The notes beneath the pieces are model-generated. The model searched no databases, had not been told where the DNA came from, and worked only from the letters and a program-made list of their open reading frames with translations. A program made the position numbers and the translations under genes. A stretch of DNA of 63,877 bases, the filler included, from Phoronis australis (Eukaryota > Animalia > Phoronida): assembly GCA_002633005.1 (NCBI GenBank). It is 6 parts of 6 records of this genome, joined end to end, with 100 filler letters (N's around TTAATTAATTAA, not from the genome) between each part and the next. Parts side by side here need not be neighbours in the genome. Positions count along the whole stretch, not along the records: positions 61,855 to 63,877 come from NMRA01003888.1; 5 more parts are not named here. One strand, given 5' to 3'. This document shows, piece after piece, positions 63,423-63,877 of the stretch (position 1 is the stretch's first letter; every line of letters starts with the position of its first letter).

Positions 63423-63877
63423 CAGGTCCCTGGGCCAGCCTTTGTACTCTTAATTTAAAGGTGTGCAGCATACTTCGCTTGCAGTCAAATAATAGACTGG
63501 GCGATTAATCCAACTCTTTTCACCCAAAAAGTTTGAAAGGCAAAATGCAGCACTTGTTGCCGTCTTAACCATTTGAATTTTCTTACTTAAACAAAAACAT
63601 GTATTTGTTTGAGAAAAAGCTCATTTGAAGGAAATGAAATAAATTTTGGTGCATTGTTCTAATATTCAATTGAAAAAGGCCTTAGCAACGATAACAAAAA
63701 TGTTCTTTAAAAATCGGGATTTTTAAAAAGACATCCCATTTTGCCACACAACTTCTAAACATCTCCATGAAAGTAACATGCCAGTACTAGACGTCGTCAG
63801 GTTGTCAGAATATAGTCTGACATTATTATTAGTTGTATTGTTTTGTTTTGTTATTCAGTTTGATTTGCATGACCCCT

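Overview
AT-rich, repeat-dense animal (invertebrate-type) nuclear DNA from a draft assembly, with spliceosomal exons, one large N gap and five artificial 100-bp spacers. I could reconstruct three partial host genes by hand: a minus-strand gene with two symmetric exons encoding four ShKT domains (14.6-19.0 kb), the last two exons of a plus-strand FAM111-like trypsin-fold protease (23.6-25.6 kb), and six minus-strand exons of a MAM-EGF-MAM protein with two offsetting frameshifts (37.7-43.4 kb). Most of the rest is mobile DNA. This includes a two-LTR Ty3/gypsy element with the rare Gmr1-type PR-INT-RT-RH order (8096-13894), three Helentron-associated (HINE-like) elements, three degenerate non-LTR retrotransposons, a second gypsy remnant, a THAP fragment and several TIR elements (TA, 2-bp, CWG, 5-bp and TTAA targets). 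No rRNA, tRNA or CRISPR was seen, and I found no unambiguous new system. The best leads are two unrelated TIR elements that each contain a diverged copy of the DNA just left of them, covarying HINE hairpins, atypical ShKT cysteine spacing and the FAM111-like protease. All alignments and identities are by eye.
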